Positions 37,805-47,832 of a stretch of DNA of 58,187 bases are shown here, piece after piece. The stretch's first letter is position 1, and every line of letters starts with the position of its first letter. The stretch is from Nitrospinota bacterium (GTDB taxonomy: Bacteria; UBA8248). Location: assembly GCA_030754595.1 (NCBI GenBank), contig JASLZZ010000030.1:1-58187 (forward strand). The letters run 5' to 3'. The position numbers and the translations under genes were made by a program. Under the pieces are notes generated by a model. That model was not told the DNA's origin. It worked only from the letters and a program-made list of their open reading frames with translations, and did no database searches.

Positions 37805-38839
37805 CTATAAAACCGCGACTCCCCTTCCAAACACCTGGTTCAGCTCAAGCTTGTCGAGAACATCGTTCACCTCCGATAAAGAGAACGAAAACGAAACCAC
37901 AGGCTCGATTTTCCCGGCCCTGACCAACTCGAGCGACTTGTTGAATTCCTCCTTGGTGTTGTAGCGGCAACCGGTGAGGACAACTTCCTTCATCGTAAGG
38001 GCCTCGGGATCGATCTCCAGCCGGTCGCCGACTCTAGATCCGATGCGTACCAGTGTTCCCGCGGTGTCGAGACATCGATAGCATGCCGCGAGAGATTTAG
38101 ATGAGCCATAAAGATCAATGACCACTTGCACTCCAGTCCCGCCGGCGGCCTCTGTGACTGCCTCGTCAAAAGATGCATCAAAAGGCCTCTCGGAGGTGTT
38201 GATGACAGCTTCGGCTCCATATTTTTTTGTCTTTTCGATTTTTTCGCCGGAAACATCCGCGCTGATAACTCTTGCTCCAAATAGCCGCGCCATCTGCACC
38301 ATATGGATACCCACCCCACCCGCCGCGCCAACGATGAGCACATTATCTCCGGGCGAGACCTTGGCCCGCTCTCTCAGGGCATGGAGAGAAGTGGAGACTG
38401 GGCTTACGAGTGTCGTCGCCGCTTCGTCCGAGACATCCGGAGGGATGGGCAACACATTTCTTCCGGGGACCTTCACGTAATCGGCGAATCCCCCGTCAAT
38501 CGCCAACCCTACGATTCCTTTGTTGTTCCTGCACAGCGTCTCCCGGCCATTCCAACAAAACTCGCAGACACCGCAATTCAAATAATCGTAAACGGCAACC
38601 CTATCCCCCACACGAACATTCTTGACCGATGCACCGGCCTCGGCCACTTCTCCGGCGATTTCGTGCCCCAGGATACGGGGAAGTGTGACATTCGACTGCC
38701 CGGCCCGCGTTTTGACATCGAGCATGTCCGGAGCACAGGCCTTTACCTTCACCACCACCTCATCCAGCCCGGCCTGAGGATCGGGAACATTCTCCATCCG
38801 GAGAGGGGATGAAAACTGATGAAGCACCATTGCGCGCAC
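37805..38839 (-). CDS. Zinc-binding alcohol dehydrogenase of the MDR family.
   Basis: The catalytic Zn motif GHEIAGEV, the structural Cys cluster, and GAAGGVG are present. Confidence 0.85.
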   Translation of the reverse strand: MRAMVLHQFSSPLRMENVPDPQAGLDEVVVKVKACAPDMLDVKTRAGQSNVTLPRILGHEIAGEVAEAGASVKNVRVGDRVAVYDYLNCGVCEFCWNGRETLCRNNKGIVGLAIDGGFADYVKVPGRNVLPIPPDVSDEAATTLVSPVSTSLHALRERAKVSPGDNVLIVGAAGGVGIHMVQMARLFGARVISADVSGEKIEKTKKYGAEAVINTSERPFDASFDEAVTEAAGGTGVQVVIDLYGSSKSLAACYRCLDTAGTLVRIGSRVGDRLEIDPEALTMKEVVLTGCRYNTKEEFNKSLELVRAGKIEPVVSFSFSLSEVNDVLDKLELNQVFGRGVAVL

Positions 38840-38852
38840 GGTATCGCCTCCC

Positions 38853-40025
38853 TCAGATATGCTCTGTTTCCATGAGCCTGCCGAGCTTTAATCGGGCCGT
38901 GTCGTGTGTCTCGCCGTGGAAGAGACACATGAGCGCGTCCCGCCAGTATTTTTGTACCGGGTAATCGCGCATGAAGCCGTACCCCCCAAAAAGCTGGATG
39001 GCCATGTCGCATACCCGAGGCGCCATCTGAGAGGCGAAAAGAACGGAAGTAAGCCCAAGCCTGGGATCGTAATCTCGCTGATCGTCCGAATGACAGGCGG
39101 CCCTCCAAACCAAATCGCGTGCCACATCGACATCGACTTTCATCTCCGCGAGCCGGAAGGAAACAACATCATGTTCGAAGATGGGCTTTCCGCCCTGGAC
39201 CCGCTCCAGGGTGTGTTCGATGGACTTCTCTAGAGCGGCCCGGGCGATACCAACTCCAAATGCACCCAACGTAGGCGCGATTTTCGCGAAATACCGGCTC
39301 TTCGCGCCCGAGCCGTTTCCTCCACCATCGGAGAGCACCTCTTCCCCGGGAATCCGGCATTTCTCAAAATCCAGTTCGGATTCAAGAAAAAGTCTTGTCC
39401 CCATTTTGTCGTGAACTTCTCCCGGCCTGACGCCTGAGGTTTCTTTCGGAACGATACAGGTGATTGTCTCTCCCATACCGCCGGCCGCGCCGGTCACTTT
39501 GGCATCGACGATGAAGAGTTTTGCCAGCGGCCCACAAGCCACAAATCGTTTATTCCCGTCGATCACCCAGCCAGAACCTTCGCGCGTAGCAGCCAGACGA
39601 AGATCCTCCGGCGATGAAATCGGGCCCAGCGTTCCGTCTCCCATCAAGAAGGTATCGTCTTGTGAAAATATGGGAATATATTTTGATACTTGCTCTTCCG
39701 TTCCACACTCGGCGATAAGACCCGCTAACTTCCACGACTGGTGTACGGCGGCGGCGAAACCGGCCTCCGCGGCCATGAATTCTTCCAGTAAAACACAGTG
39801 AGTCAGCACGCCCATGTCTGCCCCGCCCCATTTCTCGGGGAGCGGCAAATTCTTGAGCCCCAGAGATGAAAACTCCTTTAAGACACCCCAGGGAAACGGC
39901 CCTTCGGGGTCCTCGCCCGCCTTTTTGTCGAGTTCATCCGCAATCGGCTGGAGCTGCTGCTCTCCAAAATTACGGCACAGTTCTTTCAGGGCGGCCTGTT
40001 CCTCGGTAAGAATGAAATCCACCAT
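38853..40025 (-). CDS. Acyl-CoA dehydrogenase.
   Basis: ACAD N-terminal, middle and C-terminal domain motifs. The C-terminal signature ...QLFGGYGFMRDYPVQKYWRDA is present. Confidence 0.85.
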   Translation of the reverse strand: MVDFILTEEQAALKELCRNFGEQQLQPIADELDKKAGEDPEGPFPWGVLKEFSSLGLKNLPLPEKWGGADMGVLTHCVLLEEFMAAEAGFAAAVHQSWKLAGLIAECGTEEQVSKYIPIFSQDDTFLMGDGTLGPISSPEDLRLAATREGSGWVIDGNKRFVACGPLAKLFIVDAKVTGAAGGMGETITCIVPKETSGVRPGEVHDKMGTRLFLESELDFEKCRIPGEEVLSDGGGNGSGAKSRYFAKIAPTLGAFGVGIARAALEKSIEHTLERVQGGKPIFEHDVVSFRLAEMKVDVDVARDLVWRAACHSDDQRDYDPRLGLTSVLFASQMAPRVCDMAIQLFGGYGFMRDYPVQKYWRDALMCLFHGETHDTARLKLGRLMETEHI

Positions 40026-40068
40026 GACGAAAGCTCCCTTCCCTGTAAAGGAGAAATAATTTTAATTT

Positions 40069-41277
40069 TTAAAGTGAGGAAACAAGCTCGCCGGCAAGAG
40101 ATCTGCCGATTTTCAGCAGCCTGACATCTACCGTATTGTTAATGTGGTTTGTCATAAGCGCATCCCGAAGAAATTTTTCCGCGGGAAATTTGCGCGTATA
40201 ACCGTCTTTTCCGAAAATTTGCATGGCGTTTTCGCACACCGACCTCGCACAAACAGTGCTGAAATAACTTGCGATGGCTGAGTCCCGCTGAAGGTAGTAT
40301 TCCCGGTTGTCCACCGCCCATGCCGCCCTCCAAATTGCGCTTCTCGTCGCTTCGATCAGCATGAGCATGTCGGCCAGGCGCATGGCGATTGCATCGTTTT
40401 GAATAAGAGGCTTCCCGCGCCGGCTCGTCTCGCGTGCATAGGAAAGGGCCACCTCGTAAGCCCCCCTGGCGGTTCCCAATCCGAAAGTGGCGACCATCGG
40501 GGCGCCTCTCCCGTAGTGTCTCGCCTTGTCGGAAAAACCCTCGTTTACTCCCATTAAAATGTCCGATTCCGGGACCCGGACATTTTCCAATATGAGTTCG
40601 GCATTCATGAGAAGAGCCCCGCCCAACTTGTCGTGGGTGCGGCCAATCCTGAACCCCGGAGTGTCCCCCCACATGAGAAATTGAGTGGCCCCATCCGGCG
40701 CCGGCGCATGAGGGTCGGTCCTGCCGAGGACAATAAATATCCTGGCGAGTGATGCGCAGGCGACGAAGTGCTTTGTTCCGTTCAGCACCCACTCACCGCC
40801 CTGCTTGACGGCGGAGAGTTTGATTCCGCCGTCCACTCCTCTATAGGGAAAAGTGTTGTCCGTACCCGACTCAGGTTCCGTCTGCCCGATGGAAATCAGG
40901 CAGGTATCATCCTCGGCAAAAGGGATCAGAAATTTTTTCTTCTGCTCTTCCGTCCCCTCCCTGCCGATGTGCTGCGCCAGTCTCCATACCTGATGAAACG
41001 TAGCGGCGAAACCCGGCTCGACCGCCATCACCTCTTCCAGCAGGATGCAATGAGTCAGAGTATCGATATCTCTTCCGCCGAGTTCTTTGGGAAGCCCCAG
41101 CGTTCGAAGCCCAAGCTTCGATGCTGCCTTGAGGGCATCCAATGGAAAACACCCCGCGGGGTCGCTTTGGGATTTTCGGTCGCATTCGGCGACAATCGGT
41201 TTCAGCACCTCTCTGGAATACTCCCTGACAAGACTTTGGAGTTCCAGTTGTTCGTCCGTCAGTCTCATGTCAACCAT
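40069..41277 (-). CDS. Acyl-CoA dehydrogenase, a paralogue of the previous gene.
   Basis: ACAD motifs (...QIFGKDGYTRKFPAEKFLRDA). The start is taken at MVDMRLTDEQ. Confidence 0.85.
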   Translation of the reverse strand: MVDMRLTDEQLELQSLVREYSREVLKPIVAECDRKSQSDPAGCFPLDALKAASKLGLRTLGLPKELGGRDIDTLTHCILLEEVMAVEPGFAATFHQVWRLAQHIGREGTEEQKKKFLIPFAEDDTCLISIGQTEPESGTDNTFPYRGVDGGIKLSAVKQGGEWVLNGTKHFVACASLARIFIVLGRTDPHAPAPDGATQFLMWGDTPGFRIGRTHDKLGGALLMNAELILENVRVPESDILMGVNEGFSDKARHYGRGAPMVATFGLGTARGAYEVALSYARETSRRGKPLIQNDAIAMRLADMLMLIEATRSAIWRAAWAVDNREYYLQRDSAIASYFSTVCARSVCENAMQIFGKDGYTRKFPAEKFLRDALMTNHINNTVDVRLLKIGRSLAGELVSSL

Positions 41278-41622
41278 TAACCGACCCTCCAATAAACCAT
41301 CAAAGCGTTATGATGAAATATCTTCGGCATGCTTATTCCTCCCCTGACAAAATATAAGCACAAAATGGTAATTAACAATAGATGACTCACCCTAACCGCA
41401 CCATAACCGCTATCCGGGACGAGCCATGATCGAGCGTGAACGATGTCCGGCTGGACGGCGCGTTTCCGAGCATACCAAAGTTACCTGCAGGGGCGGAAAA
41501 GTAGCTACCGGATTCCAAGTGCCCGCGTTTCAAGCAGGGCAATCTTCAGGAATGTGGTTTTGGAATCACGTATAACATGGCTCTTGATAGATAGAGTCTT
41601 TTTTTATCGAGCCCCCTAACTC

Positions 41623-41801
41623 TTGACCTCCCTGACGCTTAATATTTATGGAGATCTGACTTCTTAGTAGCAGCGCCGGCAGCCCCCCCCCGTCCGGACT
41701 CCGGGTCTTCGGTCCGCCTGCCATGCTGATCTTCGACTAATGAGTTTCAGGTGGATTTAGCGGCATTAAAATCAGCTATTTGGCCCTAGAGGGCCTTTTT
41801 T
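41623..41801 (+). ncRNA. Candidate small RNA: a sigma70-like promoter (TTGACC...TAATAT) followed by a structured GC-rich segment and an orphan rho-independent terminator (GGCCC-TAGA-GGGCC + T6 at 41782-41801).
   Basis: No ORF longer than 5 codons lies between the promoter and the terminator. The terminator is oriented for the plus strand, and there is no plus-strand gene upstream. Confidence 0.25.
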
Positions 41802-41998
41802 GCCGGAATCCATATGCAAAAACGTTGTTTCCCAATTCCATGGCTTCTTATTGCGGGCGAGAAATTTCAGGTTTTGCCGACAGGAATAGATATTCTTATT
41901 CAATTGTCGGATGATTTTTCAGGATGTTTCTCCTGGCTCAAGTTTGGCTTGAAAGAGATGTTGCGGTTCGCCGATCGTTGAAAAGTAGACGGTGTGAT

Positions 41999-42017
41999 GG
42001 CGAATTAGTAATTCGCC
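41999..42017. promoter_or_regulatory. 19-nt perfect palindrome GGCGAATTA-G-TAATTCGCC, ~120 bp upstream of the GlcG-like gene; a candidate operator.
   Basis: Inverted repeat read from the sequence. Confidence 0.3.
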
Positions 42018-42139
42018 ATGCACAGGCTCTTCGGAGTTCCGGTGGCCGAAGATAAAATGGAAAATGGGTATGAATTGTGGCTAAAATGCTGCGATAACAC
42101 AATACCGGGGGAAGTTAGGCGGTTTTTAGAGGTTCCCTA

Positions 42140-42586
42140 ATGCCTTTTGCTCAAGCAACGCGCCTGACCTCAAAGGGCGCGAAAATGATGATGGAGGCCG
42201 CCATCGCCAAGGCGAATGAATTCGGCATCGCCGTGACGGTCGCCATCGTAGACGCCGGGGGACACATGCTCCACCTGGAGCGGATGGACGGGGGCCGGTT
42301 TCACACCATTCACTCCTCGACCACCAAAGCCGTATGCTCGGCCTCGAACAGGCGCCCCACAACCACCCAGGGGGCGCAGGCGCAGGATCTCGACACCCTC
42401 CACGCCATCGGGCTCTCGCTCGCCGCGGGCGGCGAGCGCTGGACGGCGATGGAGGGAGGTTTCCCGATCGTGTTCGGCGGCGAGTGCGTCGGCGGGATCG
42501 GCATCAGCGGCGGCGATTGGGAACAGGACCAGGAAATCGCCAAGGCGGCGATCGACGCCGTCGGGGCCTCCGGTTCGATGGACTAA
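42140..42586 (+). CDS. GlcG/HbpS-like heme-binding protein (DUF336).
   Basis: 148 aa. ...AIVDAGGHMLHLERMDGG... and GGFPI...GGIGISGG match the family motifs. Confidence 0.75.
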   Translation: MPFAQATRLTSKGAKMMMEAAIAKANEFGIAVTVAIVDAGGHMLHLERMDGGRFHTIHSSTTKAVCSASNRRPTTTQGAQAQDLDTLHAIGLSLAAGGERWTAMEGGFPIVFGGECVGGIGISGGDWEQDQEIAKAAIDAVGASGSMD

Positions 42587-42632
42587 TATGGGGATGATCT
42601 GAAAATTCAATTTTCGAGCGAAGGATAAATTC

Positions 42633-43562
42633 ATGGCACGCCGCGTTAAGGCGCTTCCGGGCCCGGCCCGGACAAAAGGATTCGTGGAAACCCTTCCGGG
42701 TATTTTCGCCGCAATCAATTTGAACGGAGGAAAAGGCACTACCCTTGCCGGCAGGACCCTCGACAAACGGGGAAGCGGAGGAGACACGAACTTTGGCGTC
42801 ATCCTGACGAAAGACAAACCCATCATTATCGACAACGACATTCGCGTCAGAAAAGAGTTCGCTACCGGATTTCGAAGAATCACCCGAAAATCGCCTGGCC
42901 TCATGCTTCATACCCATCACAACTTTGACCATACATCCGATAACGCCCACTTCCACAAGCAGGGAGCCGTCTCTTTCGGAACCGAAACGGTCCGGCGGGA
43001 GATGGAGCGGGAATTCGGCGCGGGCATCTGGGTCAGTCAGATGGCGGGCCGATTGCTCGAGGTGGAAAAATTCGACGGCAAGATCGGGATCGATCCCCCC
43101 GTCGTCACCTTTGAAAACGAGACAACGATTCGCTACGGCGGACGGACGCTCGAAATGATCGCCATCGGGCATTGCCACACAAAATCGGATACGGTGATTT
43201 GGATGCCGGAGGAAAAAGTGTTGTTCGCGGGTGACGCTTTTACTTACCGCACCCAACCGGTGGTCCGAATTGGGAACATATTAAACTGGATCGACACGCT
43301 CAACCGGCTTCTAAAATTCCCCGCCCGTCAGATCATTCCGGGGCACGGCCCGCTTCCTCCCCGGGAAAACAAGTGCCTTGGTGAGTTTAAAACCTATCTC
43401 ACCCGGCTTCGCGATCGCACGGCGGCGGCGCTTCGTAAGGAAGGAACTCCCGTTAAAGCCGCCAAGTGTGTCCGAATGGACGAATACAGGAACTGGTTTC
43501 GCGCTCCGCTGGTCTATGTAAACGCTCTCAAAATGGCCAGGGAGCTGCGGGGAAAAATATAA
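42633..43562 (+). CDS. MBL-fold metallo-hydrolase.
   Basis: An HxHxDH-like motif (HTHHNFDH), plus downstream His/Asp ligands. Confidence 0.8.
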   Translation: MARRVKALPGPARTKGFVETLPGIFAAINLNGGKGTTLAGRTLDKRGSGGDTNFGVILTKDKPIIIDNDIRVRKEFATGFRRITRKSPGLMLHTHHNFDHTSDNAHFHKQGAVSFGTETVRREMEREFGAGIWVSQMAGRLLEVEKFDGKIGIDPPVVTFENETTIRYGGRTLEMIAIGHCHTKSDTVIWMPEEKVLFAGDAFTYRTQPVVRIGNILNWIDTLNRLLKFPARQIIPGHGPLPPRENKCLGEFKTYLTRLRDRTAAALRKEGTPVKAAKCVRMDEYRNWFRAPLVYVNALKMARELRGKI

Positions 43563-43727
43563 TCGTACGCAAAGGATTCCGGGAGAGGATTGATCGCCGA
43601 GAGAACAAACGAAATGCCGCTTGCAAGGCGCACTATGGGAGTCCGCTTTAAAGGCAGCCTTTCTTTTCAGGTCCTGAATGCGCGATTTCGCATTCGGGGA
43701 ATGTGTAACCCGACAGGAGGTTCACCC

Positions 43728-44705
43728 ATGAAAAAGATTTTTGCATTCGGGCTCGGCATGATTTTTATGCTCACTCTGATGGGGTTCGCGGGTTCGGCCC
43801 GGGCCGAATTTCCCTCCAAACCCATCAAGTTCATCATTCCCTTCGGAGCGGGCGGCGGGGCCGATATCGAAGGGCGGCTTCTCTCAAAAGAGATGAGCAA
43901 GATTCTCAAGGTCCCCGTCGTGCCGATCAATAAACCCGGCGCCGGCGGCGCCGTCACTTACACCTACGTGAAAAATTCCAAGCCCGACGGACACACCATC
44001 GCCTGGACGTCCACCTCGGTCCTGACCACGACCAACATCGGGAACGTACCTTTCAAATATGACGCACTGGACCACATCGGCCGGGTGGAGATCCAGCCCC
44101 TGCCCTTCTCGGTGAAGTCCACTTCGAAATGGAAGACCTTTAAAGGCTTCGTCAACGACTGCAAGAAGAAGCCCAATACGCTGAAGGTTGCTCTTCCCAG
44201 CATCGGCTCGAGCACCCATCTTTCCGCCGCCACCCTGCTGGGCCAGGCGGGATGCAAGGCGATTATTCTTCCGACGGGGATCAAGCGCCGGAACTCGTCC
44301 CTTCTCAGCGGCGAGGCGGACGCGATGGACGCCCCGCTCACCGGGACCATCCGGCTCGCGAAAGCGGGGAAATTCCGCATTCTCGTCATCCCGGGCACAA
44401 AGCGGAATTCCGTCATCCCGAACGTTCCCACCATGAAGGATCTCGGCTACAACTACTTGCACGTCGATTTCTTCAGGGGTCTGGCCGTCGCCAAGGGCAC
44501 GCCCCCCCTGGTGAAAGCCAAAATCGCGGACGCGATGATGCGGGCGGCGCGCTCCAAGGCATTTTCGAAATTCGCCAAAAAAAAAGGGTTCACGATCGCC
44601 CCGCTCGGACCGGTCGGAATGACGAATTACCTGACCGATCAGAACAAAAGGGTCGAGGCGTCGATGAAGCGTCTGGGTCTTTACCAATCCAAGAAAAAGA
44701 AGTAA
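43728..44705 (+). CDS. tctC: Tripartite tricarboxylate transporter substrate-binding protein TctC (Bug family).
   Basis: A signal peptide and the Bug-family motif ...KFIIPFGAGGGADIEGR... are present. Confidence 0.85.
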   Translation: MKKIFAFGLGMIFMLTLMGFAGSARAEFPSKPIKFIIPFGAGGGADIEGRLLSKEMSKILKVPVVPINKPGAGGAVTYTYVKNSKPDGHTIAWTSTSVLTTTNIGNVPFKYDALDHIGRVEIQPLPFSVKSTSKWKTFKGFVNDCKKKPNTLKVALPSIGSSTHLSAATLLGQAGCKAIILPTGIKRRNSSLLSGEADAMDAPLTGTIRLAKAGKFRILVIPGTKRNSVIPNVPTMKDLGYNYLHVDFFRGLAVAKGTPPLVKAKIADAMMRAARSKAFSKFAKKKGFTIAPLGPVGMTNYLTDQNKRVEASMKRLGLYQSKKKK

Positions 44706-44722
44706 AGCTTTAGCCGGAATTC

Positions 44723-44762
44723 ACCGGGCCGCTCCGATTTCCAGCCGGGGCGGCCCGGTTTG
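44723..44762 (+). terminator. Intercistronic hairpin/attenuator after tctC: ACCGGGCCGC-N17-GCGGCCCGGT followed by TTTG.
   Basis: A 10-bp GC stem with a weak T tract. Confidence 0.35.
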
Positions 44763-44822
44763 TCATAATCGGGGTTTTCAGGGCCGCAACTCTCTGGGCC
44801 AGGACTCCGCCGGGGAGAGGGA

Positions 44823-45278
44823 ATGCGCACAAAAAACATCGGCGCATCTTTGGTCTGCGTGGTTTTCGCGTTGGTTTATGGGTTCTTCACCACCGGACTG
44901 CCCGAGCGCACCCTTCCGAACACGCCGGGACCGCCCTTTTTCCCTTGGATTCTTACGGTCTTCTTCCTGATTCTTTCCGCTTCTTGGTTTTTCAACAGCC
45001 TGAAAATCGGCGACGACGAGAGTTTTTTCTCCGAGAAAATCGAACATCTTTTCTATCCCGCCGTGGGGCTCGGCCTGTTTTTAATCACCTTAATCCTTCT
45101 CCCATGGCTGGGGTTCTTGCTGGGCGGGATCCCGTTTTTCGCCGGATTGATGGTGGTCTCGGGCGAGCGGAGACCGCTTTGGGTGATTGCCGCATCGATT
45201 GCGATTCCCGTTGCCCTTTATTATTTGTTCCGCGAAGGATTCCTTATTCTTCTTCCGCACGGAAGTCTGCTGGACTGA
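44823..45278 (+). CDS. tctB: Tripartite tricarboxylate transporter TctB-family small membrane protein.
   Basis: 151 aa with 4 TM segments, positioned between tctC and tctA. Confidence 0.7.
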   Translation: MRTKNIGASLVCVVFALVYGFFTTGLPERTLPNTPGPPFFPWILTVFFLILSASWFFNSLKIGDDESFFSEKIEHLFYPAVGLGLFLITLILLPWLGFLLGGIPFFAGLMVVSGERRPLWVIAASIAIPVALYYLFREGFLILLPHGSLLD

Positions 45279-45282
45279 GGCC

Positions 45283-46791
45283 ATGAACCCCGATATCTAC
45301 CAAGGCTTTATGCAATCGACCCTGCCGACCAGTCTCATCGGCACGGTCATCGGCTCTTTTCTCGGCCTGACGGTGGGGATGATACCCGGCATGACCATCA
45401 GCGCGGGAATCATTATCGTTTTGCCCCTGACATTCGTTCTCGAGCCGGCGATTTCGATTTCGCTCCTTTTGGGCCTCTACGCGGGCGGAATGATGGGCGG
45501 AAGCTTCTCGGCAATCCTTCTCAACATCCCCGGAACGCCATCGGCCTCGGCCACGGCGATGGACGGCCATCCCATGGCGAGGCGCGGGGAAGCGGGCCGG
45601 GCGCTGGGAACCTCTATCATCGCCAGCTTCTCGGGCGGTCTTTTCAGTTTCGTTTGCCTCTATTTCATCGCGCCGAGCCTTGCCGAACTGGCGCTTCAGT
45701 TCCGGGCCCCGGACCTTTTCAGCCTGGTCTTTTTCGGGATGACCGTTATATGCAGTTTCGCCACCAAATCGCTGATCAGGGGCCTGCTATCGGGCACCAT
45801 CGGCCTTATCATCGTCACCGTCGGACAGGACCCCATCATGGGGAATCCCCGGTTCACTTTCGGAGATCCCGACCTGCTCTCGGGAATTCATTTCCTGACC
45901 GCCATGATCGGACTTTTCGCCATCCCCCAGTTAATGGACAATTTGATCGATATTGTGAAAGGAGGGGGTTCGTTTCACGCCGAGTCGCGATTCGGGAAAA
46001 TCATGCCCTCCCTGTCCGACTTGAAAACGATGCGGGTTCCGGCCGCCATCGGCGCGTTCATCGGAACCTTCATCGGAATCCTTCCCGGGGCTGGCGGCCC
46101 CATCGCCGCCTTCATCAGCTACGATTACGCCAAAAAATCGAGCGCGCATCCCGAGAATTTCGGAAAGGGAACAATCGAGGGCATCGCGGCCCCGGAAGCC
46201 GCGAACAACGCCGTGACGGGAGGAGCGCTCATCCCCATGATGACGCTGGGCATACCCGGCGACCCGGTAACGGCCATCCTCATCGGCGCCCTCCTGGTCC
46301 ACGGCCTGGCTCCGGGCCCGCTGCTTTTCATGGAGCAGGCGGATTTCGCCTACACCATCATCTTCTCGTTCTTCTGGGCGAATATTTTTACGCTTCTCGT
46401 CGCGCTTTCGAGCCTGCGGCTCCTGGTCAAGGTGCTCGCGGCTCCCAAGTCGATCCTCATGCCGACGATCGCTCTGCTTTGCATCATCGGGAGCTATTCC
46501 CTCAGAAATTCGTTCTTCGATGTCTACGTCATGTTTTTCTTCGGCCTTTTGGGGCTCTCGATGCAGTGGCTCCAGATTCCCGTCGTTCCGCTTCTTCTGG
46601 CGCTTGTCCTCGGCAAACAGCTCGAAGAGCACCTGCGGGTATCGCTGACCGCCTCGAGGGGGGACGTGACGGTTTTCTTCACATCGCCTTTCAGTGTATT
46701 TTTCCTCTGCCTTTCGGTCGTGTCGATCGCTTGGCCGTTTATCGTCGAAAAACGCAGGAAAAAAGCCGCTGCCGCGCTGTCATCGCAATAA
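45283..46791 (+). CDS. tctA: Tripartite tricarboxylate transporter permease TctA.
   Basis: ~500 aa polytopic protein of the TctA family. The start is taken at MNPDIYQGF. Confidence 0.85.
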   Translation: MNPDIYQGFMQSTLPTSLIGTVIGSFLGLTVGMIPGMTISAGIIIVLPLTFVLEPAISISLLLGLYAGGMMGGSFSAILLNIPGTPSASATAMDGHPMARRGEAGRALGTSIIASFSGGLFSFVCLYFIAPSLAELALQFRAPDLFSLVFFGMTVICSFATKSLIRGLLSGTIGLIIVTVGQDPIMGNPRFTFGDPDLLSGIHFLTAMIGLFAIPQLMDNLIDIVKGGGSFHAESRFGKIMPSLSDLKTMRVPAAIGAFIGTFIGILPGAGGPIAAFISYDYAKKSSAHPENFGKGTIEGIAAPEAANNAVTGGALIPMMTLGIPGDPVTAILIGALLVHGLAPGPLLFMEQADFAYTIIFSFFWANIFTLLVALSSLRLLVKVLAAPKSILMPTIALLCIIGSYSLRNSFFDVYVMFFFGLLGLSMQWLQIPVVPLLLALVLGKQLEEHLRVSLTASRGDVTVFFTSPFSVFFLCLSVVSIAWPFIVEKRRKKAAAALSSQ

Positions 46792-46801
46792 TTAAGGAGA
46801 T

Positions 46802-47815
46802 TTGGAATTGAGGTCAGATCCCGTCCGCGCCGCCTCCCTCGGGATGGGGTGGTGGTCGGACGTCCTGGCCGACGCAATTCAGCGGTCGGACAATATCGAA
46901 ATCGCGGCCTGCTTCACCCGCTCGCCCGAAAAAAGAGCGGCCTTCGCCGAAAAATACGGCTGCAAGTCGGCGGAAAGCTACGAGGAAATCCTCGGGGACC
47001 CATCCATCGAAGCCATCATCAATACGACGCCGAACCACGTCCACCTGGACACCACCCGGGCCGCGGCGGCGGCGGGGAAACACATATTCCTGGACAAACC
47101 CGTCGCCAACTCCATCGCCGACGGAAAGGAAATCGCGCGCATCTGCGATGAGGCGGGCGTCATCGCCGCCATCGGATACCAAAGGCGGCGGGAGAATCAG
47201 TTCCGCTGGATTAAGAAACAAATCGACGAGGGAAAACTCGGAAAACTCGTCCAGGCGGAGGCCAACATCAGCCGCGACCGAGAGGGGCAATTCGACCTTT
47301 CGTCCTGGCGCTACACGGCCGCCGGGATGCCGGGCGGGGTGATGCTCCAGATCGGGATTCACTACGTCGATGTTCTCGAATTTTTAATGGGGCCCGTCGC
47401 CGCGGTCTCCGCCCGCTCGACGCAGCTTGTTCTTCCCGGAGACAACCCCGACGTGGCGAACCTCCTGATGGAGCACAAAAACGGGGCGCAGTCGATTCTT
47501 TCGGCGAGCTACGCCTCGGCCTCGGAGTACTACCTGATGAACATATACGGTAAGGAGTCGTCGGCCTATTTCGATCTTTTCGAGGGGCTCCGCTACCTGA
47601 GGCGGGGAGAAGACAAACCCGAAAAAATCCCGTTCGAGAAAAACGACACCATCCGCGAAGAGCTCGATGAGTTCGCAAGCTGCATCCGGGGCGGCGGGGT
47701 GCCCGAGGTGGGCCCGCTCCGGGCCACCGAATCGCTCGCTGTCATTCAGGCGGGCATCAAGTCGGCCGCCGAGGGCCGGCACATCGAGGTCGCCGAAATT
47801 CTCGAAGCCGAATAA
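46802..47815 (+). CDS. Gfo/Idh/MocA-family oxidoreductase.
   Basis: An N-terminal Rossmann motif (GMGWWS...) and the dimerisation domain are present. A TTG start is at 46802 and an alternative ATG at 46844. Confidence 0.8.
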   Translation: MELRSDPVRAASLGMGWWSDVLADAIQRSDNIEIAACFTRSPEKRAAFAEKYGCKSAESYEEILGDPSIEAIINTTPNHVHLDTTRAAAAAGKHIFLDKPVANSIADGKEIARICDEAGVIAAIGYQRRRENQFRWIKKQIDEGKLGKLVQAEANISRDREGQFDLSSWRYTAAGMPGGVMLQIGIHYVDVLEFLMGPVAAVSARSTQLVLPGDNPDVANLLMEHKNGAQSILSASYASASEYYLMNIYGKESSAYFDLFEGLRYLRRGEDKPEKIPFEKNDTIREELDEFASCIRGGGVPEVGPLRATESLAVIQAGIKSAAEGRHIEVAEILEAE

Positions 47816-47832
47816 TCCGGAGAAATATAGGA

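Noticed and set aside
41293-42139. The long intergenic region as RNase P RNA, tmRNA or 6S RNA.
   Set aside because: It lacks the conserved RNase P motifs (GGAAAGTCCGG, AGGGTGAAA). There is no tRNA-like GGTTCGA T-arm or CCA end for tmRNA. The context does not fit 6S RNA.
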